Made by a program: the position numbers and the translations under genes | Notes under the pieces: generated by a model | What the model was told of the DNA's origin: nothing | Seen by the model: only the letters and a program-made list of their open reading frames with translations | Databases searched by the model: none | Source of the DNA: a virus | UHGV virus genome: UHGV-0147584 | Length of the DNA: 24,897 nt | Direction: 5' to 3' (one strand) | In this document: one piece after another, positions 9,358 through 17,287 of the stretch | Layout of the letters: the number at the start of each line of letters is the position of its first letter | Position numbering within the stretch: the stretch's first letter is position 1

Positions 9358-9834
9358 TCATCCGGCAGTGTTGAAGATTTCCTGTTTCAGCGGAGCACCA
9401 TCAACAGCAAAGGTAAATTCTTTAGTTACCACTTCTTCATCGCCACCGTTCATAGCAACTTTAGAAATAAAGCCGTTGAAAGCGGTGCGAATACCAGTCT
9501 GTTTTGCTGCGTCAACATAGTATTCAATTTTAATCTGAATACGGGTTCCATCTTCGGCAGCCTTAATAAGACGCTCATGCACGGTATCCCCGGGAATATA
9601 ATTAACGGTCAGAGTCAGATCAGGAACGTTCAGTTTACCTACCAGCTTGCGGTTATACTGAGAAGAGAAGGATTTAACTTCTACAGTACCGCGCTCGATA
9701 CCAGTTTCAGGGAAACCAGCACACTCTTTAATTTCTTCATAGCTTTCATGATCGAGAGCGGTGTTAGTGGTATCGGCGTGATAGAACATACTTACCAGAC
9801 CACCAGTAAAAATATCTTTGAATTGTTGAGACAT
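9358..9834 (-). CDS. putative tail tube-fold protein (candidate major tail protein)
   Basis: 158-aa ORF with SD AAGGGG. A segment (GKLNVPDLTLTVNYIPGD...LIKAAEDGT...IEY) is paralogous to the 277-aa protein at 13552-14385. Ends in TGA followed by an in-frame extension and terminator. Confidence 0.5.
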   Translation of the reverse strand: MSQQFKDIFTGGLVSMFYHADTTNTALDHESYEEIKECAGFPETGIERGTVEVKSFSSQYNRKLVGKLNVPDLTLTVNYIPGDTVHERLIKAAEDGTRIQIKIEYYVDAAKQTGIRTAFNGFISKVAMNGGDEEVVTKEFTFAVDGAPLKQEIFNTAG

Positions 9835-9864
9835 ATAATTACCCCTTAATTAAATTTGTTATAA

Positions 9865-9883
9865 CGGGGGAACTAGTCCCCCG
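9865..9883 (-). promoter_or_regulatory. GC hairpin between the fibre gene and the 158-aa gene
   Basis: cgggggA-acuag-Uccccg, 7-bp stem; on the minus strand it follows the fibre stop and precedes the SD of the next gene. Possible weak terminator or mRNA-stability element. Confidence 0.5.
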
Positions 9884-9890
9884 ACTTTTA

Positions 9891-12800
9891 TTATTTAGTT
9901 GCTTTCAGTTCGGCAATCTCTTTATGTAATGCTTCGATCTGCGCTTTATATTTGGCGTCCATTTCCTGCATAGCTTTGATGATTAAAGCATTGACAGCAG
10001 AGTTAGAAATAGTCTTGATTGCTTCTGGATGTTCTGGATCTTCGGTAGATTGAATACCTACTGCTTCCGGCAATACTTTTTCCAGATCCTGAGCAATAAT
10101 ACCTACTTCGCGTTTAATTACCGTGTCATCAGAAAGAGATTTAACTTTATCGTAGGTGTATACTTTCAGGGAGTTTACTTTCTCTAATGCACCGTCCTGT
10201 AATTCTTCCTTGTTAATTTTCAGACGAGAGTCAGAGCGAATGTAAACATCGTTAAAGCTACCGTTACGACCTGCCGTCATGTCACCGGATGCGTTAAAGT
10301 CAAAGACGGCATCATGAACATGGAGACGAACAAGAGCGTTACCGATAGTACCGCTAGGAACGTGTACACCCATTGCGGCGATATGATATTTACCTTGATG
10401 GGTTGCTTTCCAGATGTTATGAGCGGAATCGGTTGATTGCTGGCAGTCGACCTGAATACCGGAAGCACGATCACGCCAGCTAGCCCAACTACCACCAGCA
10501 ACGCTACCACGAATAAGACCATTACCGCCACCGGATACAGTGCCCGTTTCAAGGTGAATCATCTTACCGCCGAATTTCCAGACTTCGGCTTGTTTCTCAC
10601 CGCGCATACGCATAACACCAGCATCATCGCAGTACAACAGACCCAACTCTAAGCCGTTTGGATCTCTAAACCATAAATGCTTGTTACCAGTGCGCTTAAA
10701 CTCAATATCAGCACCATTCAGGGTGATATTGCCTCCAGTGTGGATTGCTTTAGGCTTAACAGTACCGTTAATAGCAAACTCGATTAATTCAGTACCAGGA
10801 CCGCCAGCACGTTGGGTATACCAGTGCCAACCGCTTTCATCAGCACATTCAAACACTTGTTTACGAGCATCAGCGCCCCATGCACGAATATTAAACGTAG
10901 AAGTTGCAGTACCTTTACCCCAGCGAATTTGTCCAGCAGCTTCTAAATCACCGAAGAATTTAGTTTTAATCGCACCAGTTGCTAAAGTACGTTCAGTGGT
11001 GAAGTGTGCACCTTTGCTATCGTCAAGCTGTAAGATATTATCACGAGCGTTATTGCTATCGCCCCAATGGTTAAACCGGAAGTAGTCGCGAGAATTTAAT
11101 CGACCAGCATCAAAGGTTAACATTCCTTTACCGACGTAAATATCACCAGCAAATCGAGCAGCACGGCTATCTCGTTCGAGAACTAATGCACCCTCGTTAC
11201 CATCACCACCTAAAGTAACTTTACCAGTCGTCAAATCGTAAATGAATGGTCGGTTGCCGTTCCAGCCACCAAATTTATCATTTTCGGCAGTTGAAAGAAG
11301 ATAAACTTTACCACCATCATTACGCCAGAATGCACCGTAGTTACCGTAAATCATACGGAATGCATCACTGTTAGCAGCTACATATTGTCCGTTTGAGTAA
11401 ACAATTTTTGTTTTACCAGTGGATAATGAAACTTGACCGTTCTCATCCAGTCTTACAGAGTTATTACCTTCCGTTAATTCATTTACTAACTGTACAGTGT
11501 TAGTAGTACCATCACCATAACCTAGATAACCCTGACGACGATTAGCACCAGAACGATAATCAAAGAATTCGATATAGTTACTTTGCCCGTCGCGGCGTTC
11601 CATTCTAATAGCGTTATTACCCTTAACAAAAAGGCGGTTTACAGTAACACCATTAAAATCAATTTTTAATTGATCCGCTGTATCAGTAACACCAGTAGCT
11701 AAACGATAGACACTACCTTCAACAACTTCATGCCAAATTGTTTCGGCTGATTTGCTACGGAATTTACGAAGATATTTTTTATTTGTATCAGTTGAGTTAT
11801 TCAGACTGATAATATCATATGTTCCTTGACCGTTATTATCGAACATCAACGTTCCGGCTTTGTTTTCGGTGTTGAACATCGTAATAACACGAGCATCAGT
11901 AACACCAACAGAAGGTTTAACGAGAGTTAATTCAGGAACATCATGTACTGTTAACGAAACATCACTAGTTTTACCATATTCGACAATAACGTTATCGGTA
12001 TAACGACCGTAGTTTACGTAAATGTCGTAGTTATCACCGGAAGTATTAACCGCAAATACTTGATGGACATTCAAAGAATTTCGACGATAAGCAGCAATAC
12101 TAACGCCTTTCGGGTTATTGTTACCGGAACGGATAACAATTTCTACAAAATCAACCTGATCATAGGAGTTAACGTTATAGCCGTTACCACCGAAGATACG
12201 AAGCATTACCATTCGACCATTCTGTGGGATCGTGGCGGTTGCAATCTTGAAGTATCCACGAGAAGCATCACCAGACGGAACAGACATTTTCACGTTCTTG
12301 ATGAACATCTGGTCAACTGCGGCCTTGCTATACACACCCAATTCATCAGGAGTCGGCTTATCACCTTCATGGTACATGCGATAGCTGAATCTCTTGTTAC
12401 CGTCCTTATCAAAGCCATAGGTTTTAACCTGAGATGAGCTAGACCCATAATGGAACTCAAAGCCGCGACCGTGTGCTTTACCGCCAGAATGAGGAATGTT
12501 AAGGATTAAGTTACCCCAGCCTTCGGCATTGTTCGGACGAAACGCACCAAAATAATCAAGGTTACGAGCACCAGCATCATCAAAATAGTTAGCGGTCTTG
12601 CTTAACAGATAGCCATGATGATAAGTGTTGGTATTCTTCTTGATGTAAAGAGCATCGTTGCTACCTTCAATACCATCAATTCGACGGTTAGCGGCTGCAA
12701 TCGCTGCATCTGCATCGGTCTTGTTTTTGTCTACCTTCGCGTTAATGGCGGTATGATTGCTATTAACAGTGTTGGTTAAGTTGGTGATCTTCGTATCAGC

Positions 12801-13478
12801 GTCTTTCTTGTTATTCGCTACCGTAGTTTCAATGGCTGATTTGTTAGCCGCAACGGTACTCGTTAAGCTGGAGATCTTAGAATCAGCATCAGACTTGTTA
12901 GCTGTAACGGTTTTGGTCATATTGCTAACATTGGTGTTGGTGGCATCAACACGGCTATTGATCGCGGTGTTATTGTCATTAACCGTAGTGGTTAAAGCTG
13001 AGATTTTATTGTCCGCGTCTCGTTTGTTATTCGCTACGGTAGTTTCAATAGCTGATTTGTTTGCCGCAACAGTGTTAGTTAAAGTGGTATGTTTGCTGTC
13101 AGCGTCGGTTTTATTTGCCGTAACTGTCTGGGTTAAGTTACTAACATTGGTGTTAGTAGCATCAATGCGCTTATTGGTTGCTGTATCTTTCGTGTTAATA
13201 GTGTTATTCAGTTCAGATTTAGCGGTAGCCAGAGCGTTAGCAGCTTCGGTTTTATTTGCCGCAATAACACGATCCGTGTTGGTTTTGTTTGTGTCTACTT
13301 TAGTGTTAAGTTCAGCGTGTTTTTCTGGGGAAACGCTGATTTGAACTACTGCGTTATTTTTGTCTTTCGTGTAAATTACGTGGTCGGCAAGGTTAATAGC
13401 TACCTCACCCTGTGCCAGTTGTTCCGGCGTTGGCTTTTTACCAGCCGTCTGTGTGCGTTTAAATTGGATTGATTGCAT
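9891..13478 (-). CDS. side / L-shaped tail fibre with C-terminal intramolecular chaperone (peptidase S74-like) domain
   Basis: 1195-aa ORF. Conserved fibre N-terminus (MQSIQFKRTQTAGKKPTPEQLAQGEVAINLADHVIYTKD), tandem shaft repeats, and a C-terminal ~114 aa beginning RSDSRLK that resembles the autocleaving chaperone of phage T5 pb1 / K1F endosialidase. Stop TAA. Confidence 0.8.
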   Translation of the reverse strand: MQSIQFKRTQTAGKKPTPEQLAQGEVAINLADHVIYTKDKNNAVVQISVSPEKHAELNTKVDTNKTNTDRVIAANKTEAANALATAKSELNNTINTKDTATNKRIDATNTNVSNLTQTVTANKTDADSKHTTLTNTVAANKSAIETTVANNKRDADNKISALTTTVNDNNTAINSRVDATNTNVSNMTKTVTANKSDADSKISSLTSTVAANKSAIETTVANNKKDADTKITNLTNTVNSNHTAINAKVDKNKTDADAAIAAANRRIDGIEGSNDALYIKKNTNTYHHGYLLSKTANYFDDAGARNLDYFGAFRPNNAEGWGNLILNIPHSGGKAHGRGFEFHYGSSSSQVKTYGFDKDGNKRFSYRMYHEGDKPTPDELGVYSKAAVDQMFIKNVKMSVPSGDASRGYFKIATATIPQNGRMVMLRIFGGNGYNVNSYDQVDFVEIVIRSGNNNPKGVSIAAYRRNSLNVHQVFAVNTSGDNYDIYVNYGRYTDNVIVEYGKTSDVSLTVHDVPELTLVKPSVGVTDARVITMFNTENKAGTLMFDNNGQGTYDIISLNNSTDTNKKYLRKFRSKSAETIWHEVVEGSVYRLATGVTDTADQLKIDFNGVTVNRLFVKGNNAIRMERRDGQSNYIEFFDYRSGANRRQGYLGYGDGTTNTVQLVNELTEGNNSVRLDENGQVSLSTGKTKIVYSNGQYVAANSDAFRMIYGNYGAFWRNDGGKVYLLSTAENDKFGGWNGNRPFIYDLTTGKVTLGGDGNEGALVLERDSRAARFAGDIYVGKGMLTFDAGRLNSRDYFRFNHWGDSNNARDNILQLDDSKGAHFTTERTLATGAIKTKFFGDLEAAGQIRWGKGTATSTFNIRAWGADARKQVFECADESGWHWYTQRAGGPGTELIEFAINGTVKPKAIHTGGNITLNGADIEFKRTGNKHLWFRDPNGLELGLLYCDDAGVMRMRGEKQAEVWKFGGKMIHLETGTVSGGGNGLIRGSVAGGSWASWRDRASGIQVDCQQSTDSAHNIWKATHQGKYHIAAMGVHVPSGTIGNALVRLHVHDAVFDFNASGDMTAGRNGSFNDVYIRSDSRLKINKEELQDGALEKVNSLKVYTYDKVKSLSDDTVIKREVGIIAQDLEKVLPEAVGIQSTEDPEHPEAIKTISNSAVNALIIKAMQEMDAKYKAQIEALHKEIAELKATK
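12735..13170 (-). repeat. two tandem ~216-bp (72-aa) repeats in the fibre shaft
   Basis: Protein repeat RIDATNTNVSNLTQTVTANKTDADSKHTTLTNTVAANKSAIETTVANNKRDADNKISALTTTV versus RVDATNTNVSNMTKTVTANKSDADSKISSLTSTVAANKSAIETTVANNKKDADTKITNLTNTV; DNA copies are near-identical over long stretches. Confidence 0.8.
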
Positions 13479-13506
13479 CTAATCACCTCACATAAAACAG
13501 GAATAA

Positions 13507-13524
13507 GGGAGGCGTTAACCTCCC
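13507..13524 (-). terminator. hairpin with U-rich tail between the 277-aa gene and the fibre gene
   Basis: GGGAGG-uuaacg-CCUCCC followed on the minus strand by UUAUUCCUGUUUUAUG, then the fibre SD GAGGTGA. Confidence 0.5.
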
Positions 13525-13551
13525 CGCGTCATGTTTTATTTAGAGAAGTGA

Positions 13552-14385
13552 TCAGTATTCCCCGAAGTCGATTCGGTCTGTCTTAGCAACCGCATTAATT
13601 TCGGCTGGCGTAGGCTTCTCATTTGTTGTATAGACTTTAATCCATTCAGATTTTCCGTTGTCCTGAATATTTCGTACCCGCAAACGTGGAGCACCGGAAG
13701 TATTACAAGTTAATTGCCATGCGCCATGCTCATTAGCTTGAAGATGAATTAACGATGTATCAGCACCATAAGGATTAGTGCTAGCCGTTCCTTTGTAGGT
13801 TACGAAGCGGTTTCCTGTCAGAGATTCACTATCAATAGGACCACTGAAAGGATTTACACCAGCGCCCAGACCAAAATCACCCTGACGTAAGATACGGCCT
13901 TCGGTAGCAATACCCCTTGCAAGAATCCCGCCATCTGGTTCTAGTTTGAATTCCATAGTTACAGCTTTGTTATCACCACCACGAGTTTTATGGCTAGTGA
14001 CATAAGCATCATAGATGACATAGTAACCAGTGTTAGCAGCACTATAGCCAGAGTTAACGACATAGAACATTCTAAAGCGTAAAGGTGTTTTATCCTCTAC
14101 GGCTTTCATCAACATTGCTTGGTGTTCATCGTCAAGAACACGGTTTACTGTGAGCGTAGTCGGTTCAAGTTTGCGATAGCCAGCCAGCTTACCAGTCGCA
14201 TCATGATCATACTCTTCGTAAGTCTCGATCTCGGTTGATTCTGTTAGCGTAGGAAAGGCTGCGATGTTCTCCATACCACTAAAGCTAGGATCGAAAAAGT
14301 CGACCTGATTGTCTAGCTGGTTAGAGATCGACACTTCAACATGCGATCCCGTAAAAATATCTAAGTTATCATGCGTAATATTCAT
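13552..14385 (-). CDS. tube-fold tail protein (candidate major tail protein, lambda gpV position)
   Basis: 277-aa ORF with SD AAGGGGTAAT. About 34% identity over an ungapped 41-residue stretch with the 158-aa protein (TLTVN..D....L.KA.ED.T......Y). Ends TGA, then 3 sense codons and TAA. Confidence 0.5.
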   Translation of the reverse strand: MNITHDNLDIFTGSHVEVSISNQLDNQVDFFDPSFSGMENIAAFPTLTESTEIETYEEYDHDATGKLAGYRKLEPTTLTVNRVLDDEHQAMLMKAVEDKTPLRFRMFYVVNSGYSAANTGYYVIYDAYVTSHKTRGGDNKAVTMEFKLEPDGGILARGIATEGRILRQGDFGLGAGVNPFSGPIDSESLTGNRFVTYKGTASTNPYGADTSLIHLQANEHGAWQLTCNTSGAPRLRVRNIQDNGKSEWIKVYTTNEKPTPAEINAVAKTDRIDFGEY

Positions 14386-14394
14386 TATTACCCC

Positions 14395-14796
14395 TTAAAA
14401 ACGCGCTAGATAAGAAAATTTAAGGCTAAGTGTCCCAACGATACCCCCATCACTAGAATCATCGTCATAATCGGTATTAGAAGCGACTGGAGTTATATCT
14501 GAAATGGAGAAGCCCAAATCTTTAAAACGTGGGTTATCTGGCTGAATCTGGATTATCTGGCAAATACCCTCATGAATTTTGGTTTCATGAATCTGAGAAT
14601 ATAATTGCATTTCGATAACGCATTCAGCTTGCATTGCATTACCACCACGGACCCTAGTGTAAGTCTCATTCATTCCGGTAATCCAACACACCACGTCATC
14701 GCTAAAACCAGTTTGAGTTTGTTCTACGTTTAAAGCCAGACCTAGATCTTGTTCGATAATATCCTGTAAAGCACGTTTAATCTTAAGACGTGGCAT
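14395..14796 (-). CDS. neck / tail-completion protein (hypothetical)
   Basis: ORF frame extends to 14823, but the ATG at 14794-14796 lies 4 nt after the upstream stop (coupled start). Position corresponds to lambda Z/U. Confidence 0.45.
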   Translation of the reverse strand: MPRLKIKRALQDIIEQDLGLALNVEQTQTGFSDDVVCWITGMNETYTRVRGGNAMQAECVIEMQLYSQIHETKIHEGICQIIQIQPDNPRFKDLGFSISDITPVASNTDYDDDSSDGGIVGTLSLKFSYLARF

Positions 14797-14800
14797 ATTA

Positions 14801-15091
14801 TTAACGGTAGCGAGCATGAGCACCCCCTGCTAAAGTGATAAAGCAATCACTGGTATTGTCACCATTGCGCTTAATGTATTGAACTTTGAAACGCTGATTT
14901 TCTACAATGACAATATCACCTTGCTTTAAATCTCCCTCACGACAGAATAAGAATTCTGATTCTGTCCATACCCCTTGCTCGTCGGTAGTGGTAATTTCAT
15001 GGTAAGCACGAATTGATTTACCACCTTCCACGACAAAAACAGGAGCACTTCGGAACATTCTTGATAATTGTGATTCGGTTAATTTGAACAT
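14801..15091 (-). CDS. head-tail joining / head completion protein (hypothetical)
   Basis: 96-aa ORF immediately after the capsid gene terminator, SD AAGGGGG; size and position match the FII-like head completion slot. Confidence 0.45.
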   Translation of the reverse strand: MFKLTESQLSRMFRSAPVFVVEGGKSIRAYHEITTTDEQGVWTESEFLFCREGDLKQGDIVIVENQRFKVQYIKRNGDNTSDCFITLAGGAHARYR

Positions 15092-15122
15092 AGTTACCCC
15101 CTTTTATGGAGTATTTACATAC

Positions 15123-15150
15123 AAAAAAGCCCCACCGTTAGGCAGGGCTA
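15123..15150 (-). terminator. intrinsic terminator after the capsid gene and its extension
   Basis: Minus-strand RNA: AGCCCUGCCUAACGGUGGGGC hairpin followed by UUUUUUGUAUGU. Confidence 0.7.
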
Positions 15151-15154
15151 ATTA

Positions 15155-15241
15155 TTATTTTGCTTTCGGTGGACGTCCCACCTTTTTAGCTGTGGCTTTC
15201 GCCGTAACTACCGGAATTTCTTCCGGCAATTCTTCGTTATT
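15155..15241 (-). other. in-frame 28-codon extension behind the UGA stop of the capsid gene (candidate readthrough segment)
   Basis: Hand translation from 15241 down, same frame as the capsid ORF: NNEELPEEIPVVTAKATAKKVGRPPKAK, then TAA at 15155-15157. Confidence 0.5.
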
Positions 15242-17242
15242 TCATTCAGCGGAGATGTGAAGAACTTTCAGAGCTTCCGGCTGTGCTACAACGTAGTCCA
15301 AATCTACAAAGATACGAGGCACTACCGCACCACGATCCCTATATGTAGTTAGATCCATGTCGAGTTCCAGACCTCCCCACTCACCGATAGTAATACCGGA
15401 GAAGTCACCCAGAACGATGTGGTCTGCCGGGATAACGCCAGAAGTAACTACTTCGTAACCAGCCAGTTTGCCGTTTTCGATGATATAACCGGAAACGCCG
15501 TTATCTTTCAGGGTAGATTCCAGTTCAGCAGCAGTTGCACCGCTCATCGCAAACTTGATCGCCTGAGCAGGAACGCCAGCGTCGGTCAGTGCTGCAATTT
15601 CTTTCAGGAAGTCTTTGTAAGAGAAAGCAGCTTTCTTGGTAACGCGGCTAGCGTCTACCAGTTGCTTAACCAGACCAGCCGGACCACGGTCGTTAGCTTT
15701 ATCAGACAGAATCAGTTGTTCCAGTTTGATGCGAACAGCTTTGTTAATGTGATCAGTGATCAGGGAAGCGATGCCGGGTACGGTTTTCAGCGACTGACGG
15801 CTGATCGGGTTGCCACCAGCAAAAGTTTTCGGAGACAGTTTCACGTTCGCAAATTCAGCTTTGCTTTCCGGTGCAGCACCGTTTTCATCAACGAAGCCGA
15901 AAGCGTCAACGCTGGATTTAGTCATTTTTGGAATAGCGGTCGGGGAGTTCAAGCCACTGTAAACAGTCACACCCAGACGACCCAGAACAGATTCCGGCAT
16001 CAGCATTTCGATGTAGGATTCAGTCATCAGTTTTTCGTCAGTGATAGCGGTCAGGTCGGCTTTGGTGTTACCAGCAGAAGCAGCACGCATAGCAGCAGCC
16101 GGAACGAATACAGAGCCACCGCGAGCAGCACGACCACGCTGCATTGCAGCACCAGCAGCCATAGCGGAATATTCAGCTTCGTTAGCACCCAGAGCAGCAC
16201 CATCTACCAGAGAGCGAATTACGTTGTTCAGGTCAAAAGTTTTTTCCATTTTAGAGTCCTTAATTTGTTCGTTATTACGTTGAGCATTGACGAGATTATT
16301 TAGTGCCTTAGTGCGGAATGCTTCCGGCGTCATGTCTTTAATTGCCAATGCGCGTTTCAATTCTTCGTCGTCAATATTTAGTTCCCGCGCGATTGCTCGG
16401 ATTTCTTCTTCGTCTTCTTCGGAACGTTCAGCCACTTCTTCGGTTTTTTCTTCTTCAACCGGAGCGGCTTCACGTTCTTCTTTTACTTCTTCTTCCCGAA
16501 CAGTTGAACTATCATCATCAACACTTTCAGGATGTTTAGCGTCTTTTCCGTCTTCGAGATTTTCATCTTCTTTATTCTCTTCAACTTGGCGCTCTTGAGT
16601 TTCTTCAACTTTCGGTTCTTTATTTTCTTCTACCGGAGTTTCTTCAACCTGAGCGGGTTCTTGTTCTTCTTTGATTTCTTCGATTTGTTCTTTAGTCATA
16701 TCGCGTTTAGCCCCCAAATTAACTGTGATAGTATTTAGAGAGCGATTTAAACCGACCGAATCATCGGCAGGGACCGTGACCCACGAAATTTCGTGAGGAA
16801 TCCATTTAGAAACAATGAGTTGCGATTTAGCGTAGTCGATGTGATATTCTTTAATGTCATAACCGACAGAAATTTTTTCCATCGTACCTTCAATGACTTT
16901 ATTACGAATATCATTAGCCAAAGTCCCATGCTTAGAGAATTTAACCAGAGCACGGCCTACGTTATCCGCATCGATTCGAGCGTTACAAACGACACCAATG
17001 TGATTATCGAAATTATGATTGAACAGCAACGGAGCGTTATTATTCAGACGAGACAGATCAACCGCTTCCGGTGTATGTACCAGAATTTCATCTAATACCA
17101 CCATTTCTTGATTTTGCTCATCCCAAAATTGGCGCTGATAAGGCTGTGTACTTGAGAAAGCAATTTCAAACTCGTATTGATCGTTATGCCCTTCGTTAAT
17201 AACTCCACCGTAACCGTTAAGATCGCGGCGAAATTTAAGCAT
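15242..17242 (-). CDS. prohead protease - acidic scaffold - major capsid protein (HK97 fold) encoded as one ORF
   Basis: 666 aa. N-terminal ~180 aa carry HK97-family prohead protease signatures (LLFNHNFDNHIG; KISVGY...HEISWVTVPADDSVG). Residues ~180-330 are an extremely acidic low-complexity linker. The C-terminal ~330 aa look like an HK97-fold capsid protein. SD AAGGTGA. Stop TGA. Confidence 0.75.
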   Translation of the reverse strand: MLKFRRDLNGYGGVINEGHNDQYEFEIAFSSTQPYQRQFWDEQNQEMVVLDEILVHTPEAVDLSRLNNNAPLLFNHNFDNHIGVVCNARIDADNVGRALVKFSKHGTLANDIRNKVIEGTMEKISVGYDIKEYHIDYAKSQLIVSKWIPHEISWVTVPADDSVGLNRSLNTITVNLGAKRDMTKEQIEEIKEEQEPAQVEETPVEENKEPKVEETQERQVEENKEDENLEDGKDAKHPESVDDDSSTVREEEVKEEREAAPVEEEKTEEVAERSEEDEEEIRAIARELNIDDEELKRALAIKDMTPEAFRTKALNNLVNAQRNNEQIKDSKMEKTFDLNNVIRSLVDGAALGANEAEYSAMAAGAAMQRGRAARGGSVFVPAAAMRAASAGNTKADLTAITDEKLMTESYIEMLMPESVLGRLGVTVYSGLNSPTAIPKMTKSSVDAFGFVDENGAAPESKAEFANVKLSPKTFAGGNPISRQSLKTVPGIASLITDHINKAVRIKLEQLILSDKANDRGPAGLVKQLVDASRVTKKAAFSYKDFLKEIAALTDAGVPAQAIKFAMSGATAAELESTLKDNGVSGYIIENGKLAGYEVVTSGVIPADHIVLGDFSGITIGEWGGLELDMDLTTYRDRGAVVPRIFVDLDYVVAQPEALKVLHISAE

Positions 17243-17262
17243 TTAATCACCTTTAATTAATT

Positions 17263-17279
17263 GGGGGCATTGCGCCCCC
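17263..17279 (-). promoter_or_regulatory. GC hairpin between portal stop and capsid-gene SD
   Basis: GGGGGC-auugc-GCCCCC, 6-bp all-GC stem, located between the portal stop (17288-17290) and the capsid SD. Confidence 0.5.
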
Positions 17280-17287
17280 GTTGGTTA

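Noticed and set aside
10277-10552. 91-aa minus-strand ORF inside the fibre gene in another frame
   Set aside because: Nested out-of-frame within a long supported gene; no independent signals.
12757-13344. 195-aa plus-strand ORF rich in Leu/Val/Ala
   Set aside because: Lies antisense to the tandem repeat region of the fibre gene; the hydrophobic repeat translation is an artefact of the repeats.
9232-15244. Genome-wide reassignment of TGA to a sense codon
   Set aside because: Long ORFs terminate cleanly at TGA, and the 277-aa gene has TGA followed by only 3 codons before TAA; local readthrough fits better than a changed code.
16287-16738. Several plus-strand ORFs (Ser-rich, Leu-rich, Phe-rich)
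   Set aside because: Antisense to the acidic low-complexity linker of the capsid polyprotein; compositional artefacts.
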